A DNA stretch of 48,211 bases from Deltaproteobacteria bacterium (lineage in GTDB: Bacteria > Myxococcota_A > UBA9160 > SMWR01), in the NCBI GenBank assembly GCA_024638705.1, contig JAHEJV010000003.1:1-48211 (forward strand), in the 5' to 3' direction. Positions 18,286-27,465 of the stretch are shown piece by piece. The stretch's first letter is position 1. The number at the start of each line of letters is the position of its first letter. The position numbers and the translations under genes were made by a program. The notes under the pieces are model-generated. The model made no database searches and had not been told where the DNA came from. It was given only the letters and a program-made list of their open reading frames with translations.

Positions 18286-19176
18286 CTAACGCTTGCGCCG
18301 CTTTCGGCGGGTGGGCGCCTCCTGGAGATCCAACAGATCTCCGACGGTCTCGTGGCGCTGCTCGCGCGCGATCGCGAGCAGCTCGATCCACGCCTGTGCC
18401 GTCGCCTCTGCGTCTCCGAGCGCCCGGTGACGGGCGGTGTTCTTGATCCCGAAGTGGGCGCAGAGATGATCGAGGTTGAAGCGACCGAGCTTCGGCAGCA
18501 GCCGCCGCGACAGCTTCTGGGTACAGAGCACGGCGACACCCGGGGGTCGTCCCCACTGGGCGAGAAACGCGCGGCCGAGGAAGCCGGCGTCGAAGCGGGC
18601 ATTGTGCGCGACCCATGGCGCTCCGGGCGCCTCGGCGAGCCAGCGGGCATAGTGGGCGAGCGCACGATGCGCGGGGGGCGCTTCGCAGAGCATCGCGTCG
18701 TCGATGCCGGTGAGGCCGATGATCGCGCTCGAGAGCCGGCCCGGACCGGGCGGGCGCGACAGCGTCTCGAAGCGGGACACGATTCGCATCCGATCGACGC
18801 GCACGGCGCCGATCTCGATGATCGCGTCGTGCTCGCGCGACAGCCCGGTCGTCTCCAGATCGACGATCGCGAAGCGCGCGCGCTCGAGTGGCGTCGCGGC
18901 CACGCCGCTCTCGGCCGCGGGCCGCAGGGCGTCGGCGTCGAGGCGATCGGGCAGCGCCGCCGGGGCGCCGCCCAGCAGCCCCGCGACGAGGTGCCGCGCC
19001 ACCGCCTCCGCCGGCTCGACGTCCAGCGCGAGCAGTCGCTGCGCCACCTCGGGCAGCGGCACCGCCTCGCCCGCGGCACGCATCGCCCGCAGCGACCTCC
19101 GCATCCCCTCCGGCAGCGAGCCTTCGGAAAGTCCAGCCCCCGTCAGTGCACCTTCGCGAATCTCGCGTACCCTCAC
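18286..19176 (-). CDS. DnaQ-like 3'-5' exonuclease (DEDDh, pol III epsilon family) with an unassigned ~100-aa N-terminal region
   Basis: 296-aa ORF. Motifs are FAIVDLETTGL (ExoI), IIEIGAV, VAHNARFDAGFL (ExoII) and HRALGDAEATAQ (ExoIII with His). Basic tail RRKRRKR. Confidence 0.8.
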   Translation of the reverse strand: MRVREIREGALTGAGLSEGSLPEGMRRSLRAMRAAGEAVPLPEVAQRLLALDVEPAEAVARHLVAGLLGGAPAALPDRLDADALRPAAESGVAATPLERARFAIVDLETTGLSREHDAIIEIGAVRVDRMRIVSRFETLSRPPGPGRLSSAIIGLTGIDDAMLCEAPPAHRALAHYARWLAEAPGAPWVAHNARFDAGFLGRAFLAQWGRPPGVAVLCTQKLSRRLLPKLGRFNLDHLCAHFGIKNTARHRALGDAEATAQAWIELLAIAREQRHETVGDLLDLQEAPTRRKRRKR

Positions 19177-19277
19177 GCGCCGCCGGGTGGGCGGTGTCGG
19201 GCGTCCCGAACGACCGTCGCGCGCGGGCCGAAGCGCCGCGGCGGGAGACCGGCATTCGCGTTCAGGTGGGGGGAGGA

Positions 19278-21395
19278 ATGACCGATCGTATCACACGCGC
19301 GCACGCAGACCGGCGCGGCGTGTACGAGCCGAGGGAGTCCGGCGTGCAGCGATCGATCGGCGCAATCCTGGCGATGGTGGCGCTCTGCTTCGCCAGCGCA
19401 GCGATGGCCGAAGCGCCCAGCATCGCGCTCCCCGGGCTGCCGCGTATCGGGAGCTCCGCCGCCGACGCGAAGGGCGTCGTCTTCTTCCTGAAGACCGGCT
19501 TGAAGCACGGCGCGGTGGCGGTCGGCACGAGCCACACCCTTTCGCTCGACGACCTCGCCCGCGCGGGCCGCGTGGAGTTCGCCCTGCCCCGCTCGCTCGA
19601 TCGCGTCACGTGGTCGGAACGTTTCGCGGTGAAGCCCGGACGGCCGTTCAGTCTGGTCGGCGCGACGATGCGGGACGACTACCTCGCCTTCCAGCTCTCC
19701 AGCGCGCCGCGCGGCGTGCGTCTGCTCGAAGCGCTTCCCGACGCGAAGCTCACCGCGGGAACGCGCGTGCGAATGATCGGCCCCGGCGACCGCGGCGGAC
19801 GCGAGGAGCAACACGCCTTCGGCACGATCGTCGCCGCGACCGCCGACCGGCTGGAGATCGACCTCGACCTCTCCCAGCGTCTGGTCGGATGGGGGGGCGC
19901 CCCGGTTCTGCTGTCGGAGGACGAGCGCGTGGTCGGGATCGTCGAAGCCGCCGTCCCCGGAGCCGACGTCACGCGCGTGCTCGCGGCGCCGATCGACGGC
20001 GTGCTCGAGGCGCTCGTCAGCCCGCTCGACGAGGGCTCCGGGCGCGCCTTCGCCGCCTTCGCGAGCCGCGACGCGGTGATCGAGTCCGAGGAGCCGGCGA
20101 TCGTGGCCGACGACGACCGCCGCCCACTGATCGAGGCGGCCGCCGGCGATGCCACGAAGCTCGAGCTCGACATCGAGTATCCCCCGGACGGCGCGGAAGT
20201 CGCATCGACCGTGTGCGGCGCCTTCGTGGCGGGCCGCGCCCAGGCGACGCGCGGCGCGCCACGCCGTTTCGACGTCGTCCTCGTGATCGACACGTCGCGC
20301 TCGACGGTCGACAGCGCCGGCACGGACGTGAACGGCAACGGCGTGATCGGAGAATCCCGGCTCGGCACGGTCGGCGCGCTCTTCGGCGCGGGACTCACCG
20401 ATCCCGGCGATTCGATCCTCGCTGCTGAAGTCGCGGCCGCGCGTCAGGTGCTGCTGGGCCTCGACCCGCGCAGCACCCGCGTCGGGCTCGTGGCCTTCGC
20501 GGGCGAAGCCGTCAGCAGCGGCGGTCGCTATTCGCGGCGTCGCCCCGCCTACACCGTGGAAGGCCTCACCGCCGACTACACCCTGATCGAACGCGCCCTC
20601 GACGACCTGCTCGAGACCGAACCGAAGGGCCAGACCCACATGGCGGCGGGCATCGATCAGGCCACGATCGAGTTGAACGGCCTACGCGGTTCCTACTCGA
20701 AGGCCGACGCGAAGAGCGAGAAGGTGGTGTTCTTCTTCACGGACGGGCAGCCAACCCTCCCCTATGGCCCCGACGCCGAGGCCGACAACGTGCGCGCCGT
20801 CCTCCGCGCCGCGAATCGCGCGCACCGCGGCAACGTGCGCATCCACTCGTTCGCGATCGGACCGGAGGCCCTCGAGGGTCCGATCGCCGCGGTGGAGATG
20901 GCGAGCCGCACGCGCGGCTACTTCACGCCGGTGCGCAATCCGGGCGATCTCGTCGACATCGTCGAAGAAGTCAGCTTCGCGGACATCGAGAGCGTCAAGC
21001 TCGCGCACGTCGGAAGCGGCCGCGAGGCGCGGCCTTTCCGCATCACCGCCGATGGATCCTGGGCCGGCTTCCTCGAGCTCGACCCCGGCGAGAACGTGGT
21101 GTCGGTCGAAGCGAAGGCCGACGGCGGGGCCGAAGAGCGGCGCGAGCTGCGCCTGTCGGCCGTCGAGGATCCGAAGGACGAGCCCGAGCTTCCCGTCGAG
21201 CTCGTCGTCCAACGCAACCGCCTGCTCGAGGACTGCCTGATCATCGCGAAGCAGCTCCGTCTCGATCGCGAGCGCGAGCGCAACGAGGAGATCCGCCGCC
21301 AGCTCCAGCTCGAGATCGAACGCGAACGCCGCCGCGCCCGCGAGCGCGCCGACCAGCAGCGGAAGTCGCTCGACCTCGAGGCGGATGTGGACTAG
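19278..21395 (+). CDS. VWA domain-containing protein with N-terminal trypsin-like (apparently inactive) domain and C-terminal coiled coil
   Basis: C-terminal 705 codons of track ORF 18888..21395. ATG 19278 is preceded by GGGGGGAGGA. It has a signal/anchor (IGAILAMVALCFASAAMA). The MIDAS-type motif is VLVIDTSRST, followed by VVFFFTDGQPT. The C-terminus is charged heptads RLDRERERNEEIRRQLQLEIERERRRARERADQQRK. Confidence 0.75.
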   Translation: MTDRITRAHADRRGVYEPRESGVQRSIGAILAMVALCFASAAMAEAPSIALPGLPRIGSSAADAKGVVFFLKTGLKHGAVAVGTSHTLSLDDLARAGRVEFALPRSLDRVTWSERFAVKPGRPFSLVGATMRDDYLAFQLSSAPRGVRLLEALPDAKLTAGTRVRMIGPGDRGGREEQHAFGTIVAATADRLEIDLDLSQRLVGWGGAPVLLSEDERVVGIVEAAVPGADVTRVLAAPIDGVLEALVSPLDEGSGRAFAAFASRDAVIESEEPAIVADDDRRPLIEAAAGDATKLELDIEYPPDGAEVASTVCGAFVAGRAQATRGAPRRFDVVLVIDTSRSTVDSAGTDVNGNGVIGESRLGTVGALFGAGLTDPGDSILAAEVAAARQVLLGLDPRSTRVGLVAFAGEAVSSGGRYSRRRPAYTVEGLTADYTLIERALDDLLETEPKGQTHMAAGIDQATIELNGLRGSYSKADAKSEKVVFFFTDGQPTLPYGPDAEADNVRAVLRAANRAHRGNVRIHSFAIGPEALEGPIAAVEMASRTRGYFTPVRNPGDLVDIVEEVSFADIESVKLAHVGSGREARPFRITADGSWAGFLELDPGENVVSVEAKADGGAEERRELRLSAVEDPKDEPELPVELVVQRNRLLEDCLIIAKQLRLDRERERNEEIRRQLQLEIERERRRARERADQQRKSLDLEADVD

Positions 21396-21396
21396 C

Positions 21397-21453
21397 GCAA
21401 GCAGGCCTCCGAGGCCTGCGCGCAGCGAGGGGAAGCCGAGCGAAGTCGAAAGG
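21397..21453 (+). repeat. single copy of the dispersed hairpin + GCGCGCAGCGAG element
   Basis: GCAAGCAGGCCTCCGAGGCCTGCGCGCAGCGAGGGGAAGCCGAGCGAAGTCGAAAGG. It starts 1 nt after the TAG (21393-21395) of the VWA gene, separated only by C at 21396. The 8-bp stem is GCAGGCCT/AGGCCTGC. Confidence 0.85.
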
Positions 21454-21535
21454 ATGCATCCGCGCCCCGCGGAGACTCCCGTCCCCAGAATCGTCGAGCC
21501 CGTTCCCGATGAGGACACCGGGAGCCCGTTTCCGC

Positions 21536-22321
21536 TCAGTCTCCCACGTGCTCCGCGCTCGGATCGATCCCGAGCCAGCGCGACAGGTAGTGCACACCGA
21601 GGTAGAACGGTCCCGTGTCGAGCAGCGCCACGACCACCTTGAACACGTAGCCCGACCCGATGTAGACCCAGAGCTGCGACCACAGCTCCCGATCCGGATC
21701 GATGGGCAGGCCCTTCGCATAGAAGTGCGTGATCGTGATGACGGCGAAGGTGTCGACGAACTGGCTGACCACGGTCGAGCCGTTGTTGCGCAACCAGAGA
21801 TGTCGCCCGCGCGTCAGCCGTTTCCAGAAATGGAAGAGGAAGACGTCGCAGAGCTGGGCCGCGAGATACGCCACCATCGATGCGACGACCGCGCCCATCG
21901 TGAGCATGCGGATCCGGTAGAACGCGAAGTCGTAGGCGTCGCTCGGCGGAAGCCCCGTGACCGGATCGAGCTCGACCGCCGGCGGGAGCGCGCCGCCCAG
22001 CCACAGGAAGCCGGCCACCCACAGGTTGAGCATCAACCCCACCCACACCACCGCGCTCGCGCGCGCGCGACCGTAGAGCTCGCTGATGAAGTCGGTGCAG
22101 AGGAAGGTGATCGGATAGGGCAGCACGCCGACGGCCAGCGCCATCGGGATGCGCATGCCGCCCACCTCGAACGAGAGGTCGATGAAGCGCGACACCCCGA
22201 GGATGTTGAGCATCGTCATCGAGCCGAGGAACAACCCGGCGAGAACGAGGAACACCCGCTCGCGCCGCGCGTGGATCACGGACGCCTCGATCGGGTGCAA
22301 GTCCGTCACGGCCCGGAACAT
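21536..22321 (-). CDS. yhhQ: queuosine precursor transporter (YhhQ/VUT, DUF165 family)
   Basis: 261-aa ORF. GVLPYPITFLCTDFISELYG, FYRIRMLTMGAVVASMVAYLAAQLCDVFLFHFWK, WLRNNGSTVVSQFVDTFAV. Confidence 0.85.
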   Translation of the reverse strand: MFRAVTDLHPIEASVIHARRERVFLVLAGLFLGSMTMLNILGVSRFIDLSFEVGGMRIPMALAVGVLPYPITFLCTDFISELYGRARASAVVWVGLMLNLWVAGFLWLGGALPPAVELDPVTGLPPSDAYDFAFYRIRMLTMGAVVASMVAYLAAQLCDVFLFHFWKRLTRGRHLWLRNNGSTVVSQFVDTFAVITITHFYAKGLPIDPDRELWSQLWVYIGSGYVFKVVVALLDTGPFYLGVHYLSRWLGIDPSAEHVGD

Positions 22322-22380
22322 ACGAGCGATGCCCGGGCCGAGCTAGCCGGGCCGCCGGGCGTGCGAGTCGAGCCCTGCGG

Positions 22381-23085
22381 CTAGCGGCGGGCGGTGTGGA
22401 TGCGACCGCTCTTGACGGTGAAGTCGCGGTCCTCGCTGAACACCTTGAGCGGCACCCAGCCCGGCACCTCGGACATGCGCGGCAGACCGGAGGTCATCGC
22501 GCCGGTCGGATCGATCACGAACGGATCGTCGGACTCCTCGAACCACAGCGTCACCATGTGATGCTGTCCGTCGGAGGGCCGCACCACGATGGCGCGAAAC
22601 ACCTCGTCCTCCCCGAATCCGAGGTCGCGCAGCAGATGGAAGGCGAGCAGCTCGAGGCCGTCGCAGTCGTCGCCGTTGGTGCGGAAGGTCTCCTCGAGCG
22701 TGGCCCAGTGGTCGACCGGACCGTCGGCGATGTAGTGATCGCGCGACTGGGTCTGGATCCAGCTCGCCAGCTCGAGCGCGAGGGCGCGTTTGCGCTCCGC
22801 CCGGAACGCGTCGTATTTCTCGCGGAGCACGCCGCTGGTTTCCGGGTCGATGCGCAGGGGCTCGGTGCCGACGGCGGGCGTGCCGACGTCGGCGCGCTCG
22901 CGCTGCTGCCAGCCGCGGATCTTCCGGCTCCAGGCGTCGTCGGCGGGCGGCTTCGCGAAGTAGCGATAGGCCGTCTGCGCAGGCGCGGGGACGGGCGCTC
23001 GGCAGCCCCCGATCGCGATCAGGCTGCACCCGATCGCGAGCCCCAGGGCGGCCTGCCAGACGCGCGTGTGGGTTCTTTCCCCCAT
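22381..23085 (-). CDS. lipoprotein, transglutaminase-like cysteine peptidase fold (putative)
   Basis: 234-aa ORF with lipobox LIAIGGC. Candidate Cys-His-Asp triad in NGDDCDGLELLAFHLLRDLGF ... GQHHMVTLWF ... FVIDPTG. Confidence 0.55.
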   Translation of the reverse strand: MGERTHTRVWQAALGLAIGCSLIAIGGCRAPVPAPAQTAYRYFAKPPADDAWSRKIRGWQQRERADVGTPAVGTEPLRIDPETSGVLREKYDAFRAERKRALALELASWIQTQSRDHYIADGPVDHWATLEETFRTNGDDCDGLELLAFHLLRDLGFGEDEVFRAIVVRPSDGQHHMVTLWFEESDDPFVIDPTGAMTSGLPRMSEVPGWVPLKVFSEDRDFTVKSGRIHTARR

Positions 23086-23239
23086 TGCTGGGGTATCGGT
23101 TTCGAGAAGTCTTAACCTAAGCCACTGATTTCACGAGGGATTCATGCCCTCGCGAAAGTCGTGAAAAACCGCGCGAACGCTTCGATGGGTTGCCGGTCCG
23201 CGAACCGGCAGGCCACCCGCAGCGAGTTCTCGTCCCGCC

Positions 23240-23380
23240 TCAGGCCGCGATGTTGCAGGAGCGCGCGAACCCGAAGAGCACCCAGAGGAAGAGCACGATC
23301 ACGGGGATGCCGCCGAAGATGTAGAGGATCGAGACGGTATCGACCTTGCCGTGCTGTTCGTTCTGCTCTTCGTCGGACAT
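23240..23380 (-). CDS. small membrane protein (46 aa), unassigned
   Basis: Below the track's size cutoff. AAGGAG lies 9 nt upstream of the ATG. Sequence is MSDEEQNEQHGKVDTVSILYIFGGIPVIVLFLWVLFGFARSCNIAA, with nearly all third positions G/C and one clear TM helix. Confidence 0.55.
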   Translation of the reverse strand: MSDEEQNEQHGKVDTVSILYIFGGIPVIVLFLWVLFGFARSCNIAA

Positions 23381-23444
23381 GGTGCGCGTTCTCCTTCGTC
23401 GACCGACCCGATGCCGAGCCAGGGGTCGGTGAGCGGCGCGGAAT

Positions 23445-24275
23445 CTAGCCGCCTTGCGCGTTCGCGTCGACTGGCCGGAGGCGTTTCACCGAGTCCACGA
23501 GACGTCGGTAGGCATCCTCCCGCTCGTCGTTCCAAGGCAGCGCGAAGGCGTCGCGCAGACGTTCCGGCAGGAGTGCCGCGGTGATCAGCGGGACGGGTCC
23601 GCGATCGGCGCCCGGGGTCGTCAGCACCGACGCGGCGATCTCCCGCGCGGTCTCCCCGACGGTCAACGTGTCGCTCGCGATCCGATCGTCGAACCAGCGG
23701 CGGAACGAAGCGGGGTCGCCCGGCGTGCGGTCGGACGGCGCCCCGAGCAGCAACGCCATCGCGCGCTGGTCGCGGTGGAACTCGGCGAGAGCCGGAGGTT
23801 CGAGCGGACCGACGAAGTCGCGATAGATGGCGAGCGAGGTGTCGGCGAGCGTCGCCCACACCCAGAGGACGAGGTCGGGATCGCGGCCGTGATAGACGGT
23901 GCCGGCGGGGAAGGGTCCGGTCGCCACCGCGAGCGTTCCACGCACCGCCTCGTGGGATCGCGCGACACCGCGGGCCGCCGCCAGGGCCTCGTCGCGCGGA
24001 GCGAAGGCCAAAGCCGTGACCGCCGCGAGCGTCCGCTGGAGCCGACCGAAAGGGTCCCGGCGGAAATCCGAGTGCTCCGCCACGCCGGCGGCGACGAGCG
24101 GATGCGCGACCTCGAGCAACAGCGCGCGACCACCACCGAAGAGCACCGACGGCTCGCCGCTGATGCGGCGAAGCCAACCGTCCGGACGGAAGAGGCCGTC
24201 CTCCGGCGCGAGGCGCGCGTCGATTCCGGCGTAACGAAGTAGATCCTCGTCCTCGGTGGGCAGCGCCGGGTGCAT
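23445..24275 (-). CDS. oxygenase MpaB family protein (DUF2236)
   Basis: 276-aa ORF. VLFGGGRALLLEVAHPLVAAGVAEHSDFRRDPFGRLQRT is the typical DUF2236/MpaB core. Confidence 0.75.
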   Translation of the reverse strand: MHPALPTEDEDLLRYAGIDARLAPEDGLFRPDGWLRRISGEPSVLFGGGRALLLEVAHPLVAAGVAEHSDFRRDPFGRLQRTLAAVTALAFAPRDEALAAARGVARSHEAVRGTLAVATGPFPAGTVYHGRDPDLVLWVWATLADTSLAIYRDFVGPLEPPALAEFHRDQRAMALLLGAPSDRTPGDPASFRRWFDDRIASDTLTVGETAREIAASVLTTPGADRGPVPLITAALLPERLRDAFALPWNDEREDAYRRLVDSVKRLRPVDANAQGG

Positions 24276-24335
24276 GCGAGTAGCCTAGTCACTTCCGTTC
24301 CGCAGGGCTCCGGTGGGAGCCAGCCGGGGGGTGGC

Positions 24336-25538
24336 TTGAATCTGCGGCGTCAGCTGAGTGTGGTCGCGCTCGTGTACGTCATCGAGGGCTACCCGATGGG
24401 CGTGTTCCAGAACCTGCTCCCGCTCTACTTCCGTCGCCACGACGTCTCGCTGACCGCAATCGGATTGCTGAGCGTGCTCGGCTTCGCCTGGATCGTGAAG
24501 CCGCTGTGGTCACCGCTCGTCGAGCGCTTCGGCTCGCGTCAGGACTGGATCCGTGCGGCGCTGATCGCCATGGCGCTCGCGCTGCTCGCCGTGGCGGGGC
24601 TCCCGCCGAACCCGATCGGTCCGCTGCTCGCCGCCGCCCTCGCGCTCTTCTGTCTCGCGTCGGCCACCCAGGACATCGCAATCGACGCGTACACGATCGG
24701 CCTCGTCGACCGCGGCCGGGAGGGCCCGGCGAACGCGGTGCGGATGGCCTTCTACCGCGTGGGATACGTGGCCTCCGGCGGCGCGTTGCTCTTGCTCCCC
24801 GACCGGATCGGCTGGAACGAGACCTTCGTCATCGGCGCCCTCCTCTGCCTGTTCATGGCAACGACCCTCCGCTTCACCCCGTCGATCCCGCTCCCGCCGC
24901 CCGCCGAGCGGGAGCCGTTGCGCGCGCTGCGCGATTGGGTTTCGCGGCCGGGCGTCGCCGCGGTGATCGCGTTCGTCGTGCTCTTCCGCGTCGGCGACAA
25001 GGCGATGGGACCGATGCTGGCGCCGTTCTGGGTCGACCGCGGCTTCAGCAATGACGAGTACGCCGCGTTCTCGACCGCACTCGGCGCCGTGCTCACGATC
25101 GCCGGCGCCATCGCGGGCGGACTCTGGGTCGACCGTCGCGGTGTGGTGTCGGCCCTGTGGTGGACCGGCGCCTTCGCCCTCGCCTCGAATCTCGTCTACG
25201 CCTCAGCGGCGGCCTGGCCGGAGAGCGGACGCATCGGGGTGTACGTCGCGTCGGCGGGCGAAGCCGTGAGCAGCGGCGCCGTCGGCGCGGCGTTCGTCTC
25301 CTACCTGATGCGCGTGTGCGAGAAGGAGCACGCCGCGGTGGAGTACGCCGTGCTCACCGGGCTCTATGCCTCGTTCGGAACGGTGCTCGCATCCGGTTCG
25401 GGTTGGGTGGCCGAACACCTGGGTTATGCGAGCTACTTCGCGCTCACCGCCGGGCTCGCAGCGCCCGCCTTCCTATTCCTCATCCCCGCTGCGCGATGGA
25501 TGTTCCCGCTCGACTCGGACGCGAGCCAACCCGCCTGA
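24336..25538 (+). CDS. ampG: AmpG-family (PAT family) MFS transporter
   Basis: Track ORF 24270..25538. KPLWSPLVERF, ATQDIAIDAY and VLFRVGDKA parallel E. coli AmpG KFLWSPLMDRY, ASQDIVFDAW and VLYKLGDAF (from memory). The first 22 codons from GTG 24270 have A/T-rich third positions, so TTG 24336 (LNLRRQLSVVALVY..) is preferred. The start remains uncertain. Confidence 0.78.
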   Translation: MNLRRQLSVVALVYVIEGYPMGVFQNLLPLYFRRHDVSLTAIGLLSVLGFAWIVKPLWSPLVERFGSRQDWIRAALIAMALALLAVAGLPPNPIGPLLAAALALFCLASATQDIAIDAYTIGLVDRGREGPANAVRMAFYRVGYVASGGALLLLPDRIGWNETFVIGALLCLFMATTLRFTPSIPLPPPAEREPLRALRDWVSRPGVAAVIAFVVLFRVGDKAMGPMLAPFWVDRGFSNDEYAAFSTALGAVLTIAGAIAGGLWVDRRGVVSALWWTGAFALASNLVYASAAAWPESGRIGVYVASAGEAVSSGAVGAAFVSYLMRVCEKEHAAVEYAVLTGLYASFGTVLASGSGWVAEHLGYASYFALTAGLAAPAFLFLIPAARWMFPLDSDASQPA

Positions 25539-25556
25539 ATGCCGGGCTGACCAGGC

Positions 25557-26105
25557 TCAGGAATCCGGCGAGGCGTCCTCCACCGGAGGCCGCCGCCACT
25601 CGGCGGGAACCCCGGCCAGGCTCGCCTCGACCTCGAGCTCGCGCAGCCGGCGTTCGGCGCGGGCGATTTCTTCGCGGCGTTCGCGGATCTCGTTGCGCAG
25701 CTTGAAGCTGATCGGAGACGTCTCCGGATCGTGCTGGGCGCCGGGCGCCGCCATCTGCCAGCTCTCCGAGTCCTTCGCCATCGATTCGAGCTGGCTCTGG
25801 GCCGTGGCGAGGCCGGACTGGGCCTCGGCCAGATCGGCGCGGACCGCCGCGAAGCGCGACTCCCATCGCTCCCGGTCCGGATTGGCGCCGCCCGGCTGCG
25901 CCGACGGGACCGGCCCGCTGGGCAGCCGAAGCAGCGCATCGAGCCCGACGGCGGGCGCGGCCTGCGCGTCGGTGGAGGGACCCGCCGGATCCGGCGAGCT
26001 GTCGGCGCTCTCGCCCTCCTCCGTGGCCGCTGGACGCGCGATCGCGAAGACGAGCAACGCGAGCGCCACCGCGCCCCCCCACGCGAAAGACTTCTTGAAG
26101 CGCAT
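25557..26105 (-). CDS. exported coiled-coil hypothetical protein
   Basis: 182-aa ORF with signal peptide MRFKKSFAWGGAVALALLVFAIA, a low-complexity linker and helical C-terminal half (LAEAQSGLATAQSQLESMAK..RERREEIARAERRLRELEVE). No family recognised. Confidence 0.6.
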   Translation of the reverse strand: MRFKKSFAWGGAVALALLVFAIARPAATEEGESADSSPDPAGPSTDAQAAPAVGLDALLRLPSGPVPSAQPGGANPDRERWESRFAAVRADLAEAQSGLATAQSQLESMAKDSESWQMAAPGAQHDPETSPISFKLRNEIRERREEIARAERRLRELEVEASLAGVPAEWRRPPVEDASPDS

Positions 26106-26302
26106 CTCGACAATCTAGCCGAATCGCGTCGACCGACGGACCGCGGGACGGGCCCCCGAGCCCGGGGAGCGCGACGCCTCCCGGAGGCCCCGCGGGGCCC
26201 GCCTTCCTCCTCCAGGGATCCCCGGTCAAGCCACGGGGCGGTCCGCCGATAATCAAGCGGAGCCCTCACGGGGGCCAGGCACCGTCGGAGGGAGCGGGAA
26301 TC

Positions 26303-27448
26303 ATGGATCGGGAGAAGCTTTACCGCCTCCTGCGACTCGGTCTCGAGAAGGGCGCTTCCGACATCCATTTCCAGGTCGGATACCTGCCCTTGTATCGCTT
26401 CAACGGCGATCTCGTCGAGCTCCGCTACAAGGTCCTCTCGGACACCGACACCGAAGCGATCGCGAAGCTCCTGCTCGCCGACGATCCGCGCGATCTCGAC
26501 ATGGACTTCGACGAAGTCGACCTCGCGTTCGAGCTGCCCGGCGAGGGACGCTTCCGCGTCAATGTTTCCCGACAGCGCCGCTTCTACAACATCGTGCTGC
26601 GCGTCATCCCGCTCGAGATCCGTTCCGTCGAGGAGCTGAACCTCCCGAGCACGCTGCGCGACCTCGCCCAGTTCCGACGCGGCTGCGTGCTCGTGACCGG
26701 CGCCACCGGCATGGGCAAGTCGACGACCCTCGCGACGATGATCGAGGAAGTGAACAAGGTCCGGAAGGCGAAGATCGTGACGATCGAGGATCCGATCGAG
26801 TTCGTCTTCACCCACGACAAGAGCATCATCACGCAGCGCGAGGTGGGCACCGACACGCGCTCGTTCCCGAACGCCTTGCACGCGGCGCTGCGCCAGGACC
26901 CGGACGTGATCATGGTCGGCGAGATGCGCGACCTCGAGACCGTCGACACGTCGCTCAAGGCCGCCGAGACGGGACACATGGTCTTCTCGTCGATCCACAC
27001 CGCCGACGTGGCGTCGACGATCAACCGCCTCGTCTCCTTCTTCCCGCCGGAAGAGCAGATGGGCGTGCGCAACCGCATCGCCGACAACCTCCGCGCGGTC
27101 GTGTCGCTGCGACTGCTGCCCAACAAGAAGGGCACGGCGCGCGTGCCGGCCATCGAGCTGATGATCAGCACCCGCAGCATCCAGGAGTGCATCAAGGATC
27201 CGGCTAAGACCCACGAGATCACCGAGTACATCGCCCGCGCTCGCTCCGAAGGGATGCAGAGCTTCGACCAGCATCTGCTCGACCTCCTGCGCGCCAACAA
27301 GATCACCGTCGAGACGGCGCTGGCGGCCGCATCGAACCCGACCGACTTCAAGACCAAGCTCGCCCTCGAAGGGGGCGATCCCGACGAGAGCGGCGCTGTC
27401 GAGCGAGTGCTCGAACCGATGGAGCTCGAGTCGGACGAACGCTTCTGA
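26303..27448 (+). CDS. pilT: type IV pilus retraction ATPase PilT
   Basis: 381-aa ORF. GASDIHFQVG, Walker A GATGMGKSTT, TIEDPIEF, Asp/His boxes ALRQDPDVIMVGEMRD and TGHMVFSSIHT, and a PilT-type C-terminal region. Confidence 0.92.
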   Translation: MDREKLYRLLRLGLEKGASDIHFQVGYLPLYRFNGDLVELRYKVLSDTDTEAIAKLLLADDPRDLDMDFDEVDLAFELPGEGRFRVNVSRQRRFYNIVLRVIPLEIRSVEELNLPSTLRDLAQFRRGCVLVTGATGMGKSTTLATMIEEVNKVRKAKIVTIEDPIEFVFTHDKSIITQREVGTDTRSFPNALHAALRQDPDVIMVGEMRDLETVDTSLKAAETGHMVFSSIHTADVASTINRLVSFFPPEEQMGVRNRIADNLRAVVSLRLLPNKKGTARVPAIELMISTRSIQECIKDPAKTHEITEYIARARSEGMQSFDQHLLDLLRANKITVETALAAASNPTDFKTKLALEGGDPDESGAVERVLEPMELESDERF

Positions 27449-27465
27449 CGCGGAGAGCACGAACC

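Noticed and set aside
24270-24335. GTG 24270 as the ampG-family start, giving a head-to-head overlap with the MpaB gene start at 24275.
   Set aside because: The first 22 codons have A/T-rich third positions and encode a non-hydrophobic Ser/Gly/Pro stretch that is absent from AmpG as I recall it. TTG 24336 is preferred, although this is not proven.
26186-26199. Perfect 14-nt palindrome GGCCCCGCGGGGCC in the divergent spacer upstream of pilT, considered as a possible operator.
   Set aside because: Short GC palindromes are expected by chance in DNA of this composition. There is no second half-site or repeat to support a binding site.
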